From: Saprolegnia diclina VS20 | Lineage: Eukaryota | Assembly (NCBI RefSeq): GCF_000281045.1 | Contig: NW_008246149.1 | Coordinates: 158,235 to 213,961, forward strand | Length of the DNA: 55,727 nucleotides | Direction of reading: 5' to 3' | Shown here: in pieces, positions 33,278 through 43,798 of the stretch | Layout of the letters: each line of letters begins with the position of its first letter | How positions within the stretch are numbered: position 1 is the stretch's first letter | Program-made: the position numbers and the translations under genes | The notes under the pieces: generated by a model | Told to the model about the DNA's origin: nothing | Seen by the model: the letters and a program-made list of their open reading frames with translations, nothing else | The model's database searches: none

Positions 33278-35543
33278 GTGTGCTGGTGGGACGATTGAGA
33301 AATGACTCGTAGAGACGCAGGGATAATATCATGGAAGTTACATGCCGCTTCCCGAGCAAATAATAAATCGCGTAGGCACGGTCATCGGCTGGGCGTCGTC
33401 TTGGGGCACGGCTCGCACGTGTCACGCTACCACGTACCACGGTGGTTCCAACGACGCATTGACTTTTGGTTTTTGTTCGCGTCGTATGAGAGACACCAAA
33501 CGACGTGGAGGTCATCGCGAACGTCAGTCGTCGTGGATGGATCCTCAACGTGCCGACAAGGCGTGTGCTTTTTCTTCATGTTAAAGTTTTGGTACGCAGA
33601 AACCAAAGTGCAATTTCAGACAATTTGCATCTGGACCATCCATTTTGGACTTGTTCGCTATCAGTCGGGTACAGTAGGATCCGCTGCGGAGTCTGTTTCG
33701 TCCATTGAATATAAGTTGTACAGAATACTAGAGTTGCTATTACGTTGTAGCTTGTGCAAAGAGTATGTGGGCGTCCGTCGCAGGCAACGTACGCAAATGA
33801 AATCGCGCAGTGGCCTCGCGTCGCGCCACGTCACAAACCAAGTGTGGGGCACGGACAGGTGCTGGAATTACGCGTTTGTGGGTGCGGGCACCGCATGTCG
33901 GGTTCGACGCCTTCGATTGGGCATCGCGACGGTAGCTAATACCATCGCAGCGTATGAGTCGACATGATGGAAGGATCCATGGAACCAACATGACTCCGAA
34001 AGCCTGATCCCTTCACCACACGTTCAGCAGGCGCGACGCACTACAGTATAGTGTAGTCGACTGCATCAGGTGCTAGAGGCGCCAGGGCCGCAAAAGGTGA
34101 AGGAGACGTCAAGCTCCAACCAGCCTTCGCTGTTGCTGCAATTCGAGCGATGGAACTCTCTGTTATCGTATACATCTCAACGAATGTAGTCTCCAACGTG
34201 CACGCCACTCGGACTTGCTAAAAGTAGGGCGACTCGTCCTACTTGTAGTGGCACCGTTGACTGGAGTATAAAACCTCGTGGGCCAGGCCAACAAGGTCTG
34301 TACCAGGCCAACTTGACGTTGTACGACTCTGAATGGACGCGTTAAGACGATTTGTTGGTACTCGCTTGCAGAGGATGTACATGCATGAGACTCGGCTCGG
34401 CTTTAAACCCTTGTAAACAGTGGTTGTTGGCGCTAAATCCCTTTTCAATTCGCTTCGGATCGAAAGCATTTGGTTTGGGCAAGTAGGTTACGGCATCCGC
34501 GAGCTCTAAGATCAGGTCAGACTACTGTAGATGCAGTGTACATGTACAATACTAATATGTATATTGCTGCCAATGCGTATTTTAACCGTTCGATATGCCT
34601 CAGTGCTAGGCCGCGCCAAGCTCGGCCGCTCCACACTGAGACGCAGCTGTCGCTGCCTCGCCGACATGCTGAGGGTGCATAAGCTTGCTCGTCATCACAA
34701 AGTTTCCAAGGACCTCATAGAGGGCATTGAGCACATACATGCAGGGGCTTCCTATCGACTTCACTTGGGTCTTCGTCGAGCGCGTTAGGCACTGGTTGTT
34801 TACCGCTCGGTATCAAGGTTCGATTATAGGGGGCTCCTGTGTTATCTCGTAGCCGTCGAGTACGAGATACAATAGTCAAGCATGACAAGGCTACCGGTAC
34901 TAGTACACTAGTATCTCTCCAAAGAGACATGGATGGAGCGACGAGACGCTGCGTCGAAGCAAGTTCTGCATTTGGACCGTCCATTTCGAATGCGGTATCT
35001 TTTCTCGTCGCTGATTGGTCCACGCGGTATCCATACCAGCGCCAATCACATCATTGGACGTTAAACTCAGATCTTGGCGAAGGTGCTACGGTACAGTAGC
35101 TGGTAGCTTACGGTGCCTGCCACTCTACACGACGTAGGATGGGTGCATCCGTCGCACCGGTCGCGGTTGCGCAGTACGCAAATTGCTCCCAACCTACTGC
35201 TGCTGCAATCTCGCGACGCGCCGCTGGTCTTTAACGCTGCACCCACTGGACGATGGGAGGACTCAGTGTACGTTGCTGTGGCTTGTAACCAAGGACACGT
35301 CGGCGTCAAGCGCACGCCAGCAGCTCTCACAGCAACCGCACTGGACCTTCGAAGCGCTTGTCAAGGATGTTGGTGTACGGGCTTGCGGCATTTGTCTTCG
35401 CCAACTTGCTGCTCAAAGCCGTCGACCCACGTCTCGACATGAACCGGATGCAGGACTATACGACATGTACCAAGAGTGGTTTGCATTAAAAGAACCAACG
35501 ACTACGTTATATACATCCACGACACAACATCATGTCTAGGCTT

Positions 35544-37280
35544 CTAGTGCTGGTTGGCCTGGAGCGGCGCCTTGGCACTCAAAATGTTGTTGGTCTTTTC
35601 GCCGAGCATCGACGAGAGCGACGGGCGCACCGAGTTGTGACCGACGTAGCCGTCGTTGAGCATCGTGGCCCAGCCGTCCTTGCCAGCGCTGTTGCGGAAG
35701 CCGTAGGCAAAGTACGAGAGAATCGCGGCACCAATCCACGCAAAGCCGAGGCCAATGTCCTTGGCCGGCAGCTGCGCAATGAGGTACCAGTTGATCGTGA
35801 TCGCGAGCGCCGGCACAAACGGCACAAGCGGCGCGCGGTAGCAGTCCATGGGGCCAACCGACTGCGGGCACTTGACGTAGATGATGGTCGCGATGACAAA
35901 GACAAGCGCGAGCAAGAGCATCGACACGATGAGGTAGCCGTTGCCGCCTTCGACCGCCTCGACGTAGCCCTTCTGGAAGAGGAACATGGCGAGGAGGCCC
36001 GTCGCCACCATTGCGCCCGTGAGCTTGTATGCAATGTTGGCCGAGGATTCGCGCGTCCGGGAGAGCACGAGCGCCGAATTGGTCATGTTGAACGAGACCA
36101 AGATGCCAAACGACACCATGTTCCAGAGCAGCGAGAAGGGCACGAAGAGCGCAATGATCGTAAAGAAGGCACCAGAGATGAGCGTGCACCAGAAGAGGTT
36201 GCCGTTCTTCTCGACCTTGCCAAAAATCTTGGGCAAGAGACCGTCGACCGACATGGCGTACATCAAACGGGGCTGCGCAAGGAACGAGATCAAGACGACG
36301 ACCGGCATCGTACCCGTCTCACCAATGTGCACGATCGTCGAAGCCCACGTCGCGTTGACGTACTGGAAACCCGAGGAAAAGTAAAGGCCATTGTCAAGGG
36401 GCGCGTCGTACGGCACCATGCACGAGAGTGCTAGCGACGCAAACGAACTGAGGAACATCGTGCCGAGCACGACGCCAATGACGGCGCGGGGCATGACGCG
36501 GCGCGGGTCCTTGGCCTCGGCGGCGAGGCAGCAGACTTCGTCAAAACCAACGTAGCCAAAGAAGGCCTGCGACGCGCCGAGCATGACGCCCTGGACGCCA
36601 AACTGGGCCGGGTCTTTCTCGGTCGCGGGGATCAGTTCGGGCACGAACGGCGAGAGGTTGTCCGTGTTGATGAACGAGAAACCGGCCACGATGACGAAGA
36701 GCACGACCGCGATCTTGGTCGTCGTGATCGTGTTGATAAAGATCTTGCCAAACTTGATGCCGCCGAGGAGAATCGCGACCGAGAGGATCATGACGAGGCA
36801 CGCGAGGAAGCTGTAGTTCTCGTCATTGAGCCAGTCGACCTTGGTCGAGTTGATCGGGAGGTCTTCCTTGGCCCAGTCCTGGACCTTGGTGGCCCACGAG
36901 CGAGCAACGCCGGCGCCCGACATGCCGTACTCGAGCGTCAACAGCCACGCCGCAATGACGGCCGGGAGCTCGCCGAGAATGTGGTACGAGTAGGCGTACG
37001 TCGAGCCGGACGACGGGATGATCGAACTCATCTCCATGTACGCAAAGCAGCTGAGGATGCACGAAAAGCCGGCAATCATCCACGAGATAAAGGCTGCGGC
37101 GCCGGCGGTCTGGCTGATAATGTCGCCCGTCGTCGCAAAGACACCAGAGCCCACGGTACCACCGATACCGATTAGGATGAGATCGATGAGGCCGAGCTCA
37201 CGAGGCAGCTCCTCCTTGCGCTCTTCGGCGTGGATGACCTCGATCGGCTTGGTCCGGAAGAGCGTGTCGATGATGCCCAT
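35544..37280 (-). CDS. APC/CAT-like amino-acid transporter, copy 2
   Basis: 578 aa; GIGGTVGSGVF, FFGYVGFDEV; colinear with copies 1 and 3. Confidence 0.92.
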   Translation of the reverse strand: MGIIDTLFRTKPIEVIHAEERKEELPRELGLIDLILIGIGGTVGSGVFATTGDIISQTAGAAAFISWMIAGFSCILSCFAYMEMSSIIPSSGSTYAYSYHILGELPAVIAAWLLTLEYGMSGAGVARSWATKVQDWAKEDLPINSTKVDWLNDENYSFLACLVMILSVAILLGGIKFGKIFINTITTTKIAVVLFVIVAGFSFINTDNLSPFVPELIPATEKDPAQFGVQGVMLGASQAFFGYVGFDEVCCLAAEAKDPRRVMPRAVIGVVLGTMFLSSFASLALSCMVPYDAPLDNGLYFSSGFQYVNATWASTIVHIGETGTMPVVVLISFLAQPRLMYAMSVDGLLPKIFGKVEKNGNLFWCTLISGAFFTIIALFVPFSLLWNMVSFGILVSFNMTNSALVLSRTRESSANIAYKLTGAMVATGLLAMFLFQKGYVEAVEGGNGYLIVSMLLLALVFVIATIIYVKCPQSVGPMDCYRAPLVPFVPALAITINWYLIAQLPAKDIGLGFAWIGAAILSYFAYGFRNSAGKDGWATMLNDGYVGHNSVRPSLSSMLGEKTNNILSAKAPLQANQH

Positions 37281-37490
37281 GCTCTACTGCGGCCGACAAA
37301 GAAAAAGGCAAAGTGAGCTTCCCAAACGGCAAACTCAGACTAAGATCTTGTTTTTTGCGAGATAGAAATTCGGCTTTTTCTCTTGAAGTTTCTATACCCA
37401 TTTTGTGAGAAGGCGAAAAAGTACAGTCCCAGCTGGCACAGCGTGGGACGACCAGCTCCTTGAAGCTCAAGAGCAGGTGCACGCGCTCGG

Positions 37491-37547
37491 ATTGGCTAAG
37501 AAAAACTTCGAATCGCATCGGATTGGTCAACATATTTTTGACCAATC
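37491..37547. promoter_or_regulatory. CCAAT-box cluster including a 10-bp inverted pair, upstream of transporter copy 2
   Basis: ATTGG at 37491; GATTGGTCAA (37521) and TTGACCAATC (37538) are exact reverse complements. Confidence 0.5.
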
Positions 37548-38852
37548 AAATGTTGTCCAGCTATGTTCGAATCGCCCACGTCTCTCTGGCTTCCCGCAAG
37601 CTTGGTGGGTGGTTTGTATGCATTGGTCGTGATCAGATGGGCACACACATACCACCTGCCACGCCCAGCTGGTGCGACCCAACTTCAATTGGATCCAAGG
37701 CAGCTCCATTTCGGCAATCTGGTCGGTCGCGCAGTGTGGAGAATGCCCCGCTACTTCCTTTTCATAGCTCCCGTCCCGTGCTGCAGGAAGGGAATGGGCC
37801 ATGTAAGGGACGGACAGGTATGCCGTTTTACCCACCACATCGCTGACTGCAGACTATCCACCGCCATACATACCGTACTAGGTATTGTTACGAAGCCAGA
37901 TAGCACGCTGCAATGCATCGCTTTTTTGTCAGCCGAGGAAGGTCTATACTATGTCATGTACAGAGAGTACACGCCATATCAAGCAATGTTTGTACTGCAA
38001 CGAGGATGCCATCCATTTAAACTCGTAGCTGTTGTTGTCATCGGGTGGCTCATCGGGTCCTCTTCGCCGCTGCAAATTCGTGTGGTCGGTCAGCGACACT
38101 GCGCGGACACGGATACACGTTCGTAGAGAACCGTCACCTGGATGTGTCATCCAGACGCGCACCCAGACGCGTGATGGAACGGACACAGGTCATGGTCTTG
38201 CGACTCCTAGTTTGCGCACAAGCGAGTTGCAAGTGTAGGCATCGCACCATGAACGTTCTTTCGCCGAAATGAGTCGGCGTGGTTGGCCTTTATCTGAGTA
38301 GCGAAGGTGCGTTATTTGTGCCGTCTGATTCGAATTCAACGACGTGACATCTTCTCAGCCTTTACGGATGTTGCACTTCGAAGTACCAGCCGCGATTTAG
38401 ACATCGCGTACTCTTCTGCAGTTTGTTTTACCACAGCAGTTTTATTGAATCAAACGGATCGTGCGGTCGGGTCGTGCTGCAGTTCCAAGGTGGTGCTTTG
38501 TCGTTGTCGTGTGGGTCGTGTGGACGGCGCAGGCCGGATGAGCTACTCAGTCGGTGGTCGCCATTCATTCATCTTGGCGCTCGGCGATCATCTTCTGCCT
38601 ATATGTCCAGTATGCAAAAGTGCAAGCGATTAGCTTGGGCGGTGCGCGGAAGTGCTGGAGGAGATGGGTTTGGGATACGTGGCGCGAAATTGCGATGGGC
38701 TGGCAGGATGTGCACCGACCGTAAAGAAACGTGGACCAACATCAAAGTGATCACGCCATGGACAACACTCGATGCCGAAACTCATACTGTCAGAGTGTTG
38801 GTGTCTGATTTGTTGAGCAGTCCACTTGCCTCTATTCTCTACTGGTACTTTT

Positions 38853-38919
38853 CGAAATATATACCATTCGATCTCGTGCAATAAAAGTTTATCGCATGAG
38901 ATCGAATGGTATATTTTCG
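38853..38919. repeat. Long imperfect inverted repeat (hairpin)
   Basis: ATATACCATTCGATCTC and GAGATCGAATGGTATAT form a perfect 17-bp core, extending to about 32 bp with a few mismatches. Confidence 0.9.
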
Positions 38920-39806
38920 GTCGACGACAACGCACGAGACCAATGCTGATGTTCCCGCGGAGAGCTCCGTCCGTGAGCGAGACAGAGGCTCGCAGGCGTC
39001 ATGTACAGGGATGACGTCCACCGCAGCACCCATGTCTGAGTCGCCTCCCGTCTGAGTCGACAGGCAACGTCGCATCGGCATTTGCTTCTCGTGCAGACGA
39101 CCCTTTGAGTAGTTCTTGGTTGTAGCAACGATGGAAGAGGCATCGCGCTCGCCGCAGTAGATCCGCTTCGATCATGTCCAAGCAAGCCATGGATTTGCAG
39201 TAATTTGGCAGCAGCACCACGTCGCGGTTCAACGACAAAGTCACCATCATCGCCTCGCCGGACGGACGGCAGCCGTGACCAAGCCATACCGACGGAAGCC
39301 CTCCAAGCCCTGTGCAGAAAGCAAGAAGCAGCAATGAATTTGCCAACGTTCTAGGCACAAGACGACGTGCTTTTGCCGCGCACCAGAGCCTCTGCGAGGC
39401 AGGTTTGGATACGAGGTCCATCAACCCGCATTGATTCATTGATGATAACGGTTCATCTCGGTATTCTTTGATTCGGATGGACGCCCCTTACGGTCGAGCG
39501 AGAATGCGAGTGTCTAGTCGCTTCCAAATGCAATGGAAAGCGGATTCCGACTTTTGTCGTGTCGAGAATCTACTAGTTCTGCATCATTGGTACTGCATAT
39601 CGACACTGAGTCTGAGTGCAGAACACTGCCGCGCGACGTCCAGCTTAGGGCTGACCCAGCCCTGGACATAGAGCTAACCCAGCCCCAGACATAATAACGC
39701 CATGACAATAACTGCGCAAACGACCGGTACGAAGAGCGGGAGCCCAAAAGTAGTTGAACGACACGTGAATTTTTAAAAATGATTCGTCTACAATGTACAA
39801 TACGCT

Positions 39807-41543
39807 TTAATGCTCGTTGGCCTGGAGGCCCATTTTGGCGCTCAGAATCGACTCCTTCTGGTCAGCCATCATCGAGCTCATGGACGGGCGCACGGCGTTG
39901 TGGCCAATGTAGCCGTCGTTGAGCATCGTGGCCCAGCCGTCCTTGCCCGCGCTGTTGCGGAAGCCGTAGGCAAAGTAAAAGACAATCGCGACGCCGATCC
40001 AGATAAAGCCATAACCAATGTCGCGCGCCGGAAGCTGCGCGATGAGGAACCAGTTGATCGTGATCGCAAGCGCAGGCACAAACGGCACAAGCGGCGCGCG
40101 GTAGCACTCGCGGGGGCCGACGTTCTGCGGGCACTTGACAAAGATGATGATCGCCAGCGCAAACACAAGTGCAAGCAAGATCATGGACGCGACGAGGTAC
40201 CCGGTCGCCGAGTCGGTGGCCTCCACATACCCCTTTTCAAAGAGGAACATGGAGAGGCACGACGTCGCGACGAGCGCGCCCGTGAGCTTGTACACAATGT
40301 GCGCCGACGAGTCGCGCGTCCGGTTCAAAATGAGCGCCGAGTTGGTCATGTTGAACGACATCAAAATGCCAAACGACACCAGGTTCCAGAGGTACGAGAA
40401 CGGCACAAAGAGCGCAACAAGGCAGAAGAAGCTGCCGCAGAGGAACGTGCTCCAGAAAAGGTTGCCGTTCTTCTCGACCTTGCCAAAAATCTTGGGCAAG
40501 AGACCGTCAACCGACATGGCGTACATCAAACGGGGCTGCGCAAGGAACGCGATCAGAACCACAATCGGCATCGTGCCCGTCTCGCCAATGTGCACGATCG
40601 TGGCTGCCCAATCGAGGCCGACGTAGCGGAAGCCGGCCGAAAAGTTGAAGCCAAACGGCGTCGCCGCGTCGTACGGCATCATGGCCGAGAGCGCAAGCGA
40701 TGCAAACGCAGAGAGGATCATCGTGCCAAGGACTGTGCCAATGACAGCGCGGGGCATGACGCGGCGCGGGTCCTTGGCCTCGGCGGCGAGACAGCAGACC
40801 TCATCGAAACCGACGTAGCCAAAGAAGGCCTGCGACGCACCGAGCATGATACCTTGGACACCAAAGCGCGCTGGCTCGTCATCGTGTGCTGGGACAAAGT
40901 CGGGCACAAACGGCGTAAAGTTGACCGTGTCCGTCATCGCAAAGCCGGCAATGATGACGAAGAGCACGATGACGACCTTGGTGCCGGTGAATGCGTTGAT
41001 GAAGATCTTGCCAAATTTCATGCCGCCGAGGAGGACGCCGACCGAGAGCGCAAAGATGAGGCACGCAAGGAACGAGTAGTACTCCATGTTGAGCCAGTCG
41101 ACCTTGGTCGAGCCTTCCGGGAGACCTTCCTTGGCCCACTCCTGGACTTTGGTACCCCACGAGCGAGCGACACCGGCGCCCGACATGCCATACTCGAGCG
41201 TCAAGAGCCACGCCGCAATCGCAGCCGGAAGCTCACCAAGCACGTGGTACGAGTACGCGTACGTCGAACCGGACGACGGGATGAGCGAGCTCATCTCCAT
41301 GTAGGCAAAGCCACTAAGAATGCACGAAAAGCCGGCAATGAGCCACGAGACGAACGCAGCCGCGCCAGCCGCGCCGCTAATGATATCGCCGGTCGTCGCA
41401 AAGACACCGGTGCCGACGGTACCGCCGATACCAATGAGGATGAGATCACGAAGTCCGAGCTCACGCGGCAGCTCTTCCTTGCGCTCTTCGGCCTCGATGA
41501 CTTCGATGGGCTTGGTGCGGAAGAGGTCGTCGATGAATCCCAT
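39807..41543 (-). CDS. APC/CAT-like amino-acid transporter, copy 3
   Basis: ATG at 41543 (MGFIDDLFRTKPIE) by alignment with the other copies; GIGGTVGTGVF. Confidence 0.92.
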   Translation of the reverse strand: MGFIDDLFRTKPIEVIEAEERKEELPRELGLRDLILIGIGGTVGTGVFATTGDIISGAAGAAAFVSWLIAGFSCILSGFAYMEMSSLIPSSGSTYAYSYHVLGELPAAIAAWLLTLEYGMSGAGVARSWGTKVQEWAKEGLPEGSTKVDWLNMEYYSFLACLIFALSVGVLLGGMKFGKIFINAFTGTKVVIVLFVIIAGFAMTDTVNFTPFVPDFVPAHDDEPARFGVQGIMLGASQAFFGYVGFDEVCCLAAEAKDPRRVMPRAVIGTVLGTMILSAFASLALSAMMPYDAATPFGFNFSAGFRYVGLDWAATIVHIGETGTMPIVVLIAFLAQPRLMYAMSVDGLLPKIFGKVEKNGNLFWSTFLCGSFFCLVALFVPFSYLWNLVSFGILMSFNMTNSALILNRTRDSSAHIVYKLTGALVATSCLSMFLFEKGYVEATDSATGYLVASMILLALVFALAIIIFVKCPQNVGPRECYRAPLVPFVPALAITINWFLIAQLPARDIGYGFIWIGVAIVFYFAYGFRNSAGKDGWATMLNDGYIGHNAVRPSMSSMMADQKESILSAKMGLQANEH

Positions 41544-43798
41544 GTGCGTTGGCCTGTGCAAAAGAGGAAATGATGACCAAACAGAGGTTGGCTATGTCCG
41601 AGGATGGGACATGCCGACCGTCCGCTCGAATTCGCTCGCAAAGCTGGAATTGCCTGCGCCCACGTATCCAACGCTTCCTGACCGTACCTTCGCATTCTCA
41701 GATTCTTATTGGCCAGTCACTTTTGGCCAGTCTCAACTCGAAGCTGCAAGTCGAAGTTCAGGCGCGCCTTTAGCGTTCACATCTTGCTCTTTGTATGATC
41801 CTTATCGAAGCAAAGAAGCAGCAGCTGGGCGACGGAAGTGGACAACTTATCCGATGGCCACCTATCCCAGGACGTAACTTCAACTGGATCAAGGAGAAAG
41901 TCCCTAAGTCCGCATCCACTTGGAGTATGAAAGCATACACTTTCCCGGGCAACTCCTTTCGGTGCCGTTCGTGTGAAGGGTAAAACCATCCAGCGCTATG
42001 CCAGGTGCTGGCCAGGTACTGGATGAGATACCGGCGTCGATCGCACCATAAGATTAGGACACGCGGCCTCACCGCCACAGAACATTTTGGTTAGGGGCCA
42101 TTGTCCCACACTATACCTACCGGCGTTGTCGCGCTTGTTGACCTCGTCGCCAGAAAAGGTCGCAGCCACCGCTATCAAAGCCATCGCAGCCAAGCGGATA
42201 TGTGAGGAAGCACCGTGTGTCACTGCATATGTGCCTGTGGTACGTTGGTGGCGCCACCACACACATCCACAAGAAGAGTGGTCCGGCACACGTGATTACA
42301 AATCCACCGACGTTGCCGCGATCTTGCGGCTCTCATCGCTTGGTCTTTGGTCCGATGTCAAGCAGTATTCATACGCTTTGCCTTCTACAAGCACATCTCT
42401 TGAGCGACATGCGATCCTAGTCGGTCCACGGCAAAAGATACTCCTAGTATAACCAAGCGAAAGAGAGAGAGTTGCGTGGTCGACGCACGTCTCTCACGCT
42501 TCAATCTTGTCGGGTCTACATCTCCAGTCTGATCAGAAAAAAAAGAAGACGACGACGACGCTACGCAGCGTATTGTTTGCAGACGTCAAGCGGTTGTGTG
42601 GCGAGGAATAACCAAAGAACCAGTGTGCATACAGGCTATAGCCAAAAACGAGCCACTTGCCTGGACGGGACGCGCAGGTCGTTGCGACGGACACGACACC
42701 GATGCTTGTGTCGATGCAATGCCCTGGACCATTACCAAAGGTTGAAGACGCTTTGTTTATTGCAGTGCGTATAGCACCGGGACTGGGCGTTTATTCAACG
42801 GCGGGGGGAGGGAGGCTGTAACCTGTAGGACATGCGTAGGCGGGTCGCAGTGCCCCTGGAGAGGGCTTGCAGTCGCTGGGACAAACAGAGGTGCTGATCA
42901 TTGGGCTGATACTCGTGTACTAGTACTAGTAGCCATTCACATCTAGAATCTAGATTCGTCGCGCTGAATCGAGCGAGGTCCAAATCGTGTTTACAAACAA
43001 AAGGGTCCGCGATGCTGCACCACCACTTTCAAACATCACCAAACATCACCTAATCGAGCGCGATGGAAACTACTATATGCTTGAAAAGGACTGTGAAGCC
43101 CATCACCCAGAAGCACCCAGACCAATCCGTGGCTCGACTGCGCAAGATACTTTTGGTCGATCACGTGGCGACTCTACGATGAACCGTGTCGCCCCACGGC
43201 GCGAACCGTTATGCCTCTATGAAAAGAAAAGGCGTGTTGGGGACCCGACATTGTCATCATGTATGACCCTGCTGGCTAGCGCTGCTGGCAGGATCTCAAG
43301 TGCTGCTGGCTGAGTGCCAGACGTTCGTTGTCTGAAAATGAAGTGCGCAAAGATCGGTCGCATGTCGTCGCGGATCTGCTTTCGCGTGTCGGTACAGTAC
43401 GAATGCCAATGCAAAGAAGGCATTTCTCAAGCACGCAGCGCGGGGTGCTGTGTGGCTTGTGGCTATGGTTTGGAGAGGCGAACGATCACGGTGATTGGTT
43501 CATCCAGTCCTTTTGGTTCTTTGTGATGGCATTGCCGAGTGAACTTGCGTGTGTTAGCGTCATGATAACACACAACGTAGCGTGATCACGCTTGTCCAGC
43601 ACCGTGCCCCCTGGCGCGACACGTACGAACGATTAATCGTCGTCCACGTCGTTACCTTTGGCACGACGCTACACCCTACCCCTAGTCTATGCCACCCGAC
43701 GCATTGAAAGATAATGCTTTCGCCGCGAGTTTCTTTGTTGGGCAAATCGACACGGATCCATTGGGCTCCTCTTTGCTTGACACATCACATTGAGAGCC

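Noticed and set aside
35180..35330. Faint ankyrin-like fragment (DGRT / YVAVACNQGHVGV across a frameshift)
   Set aside because: Too short and degenerate to support without a profile search.
39810..41573. 587-aa plus-strand ORF
   Set aside because: Antisense shadow of the transporter, a usual result of high GC3. The same applies to 35532..36434, 31322..32194, 5937..6944 and 50075..51130.
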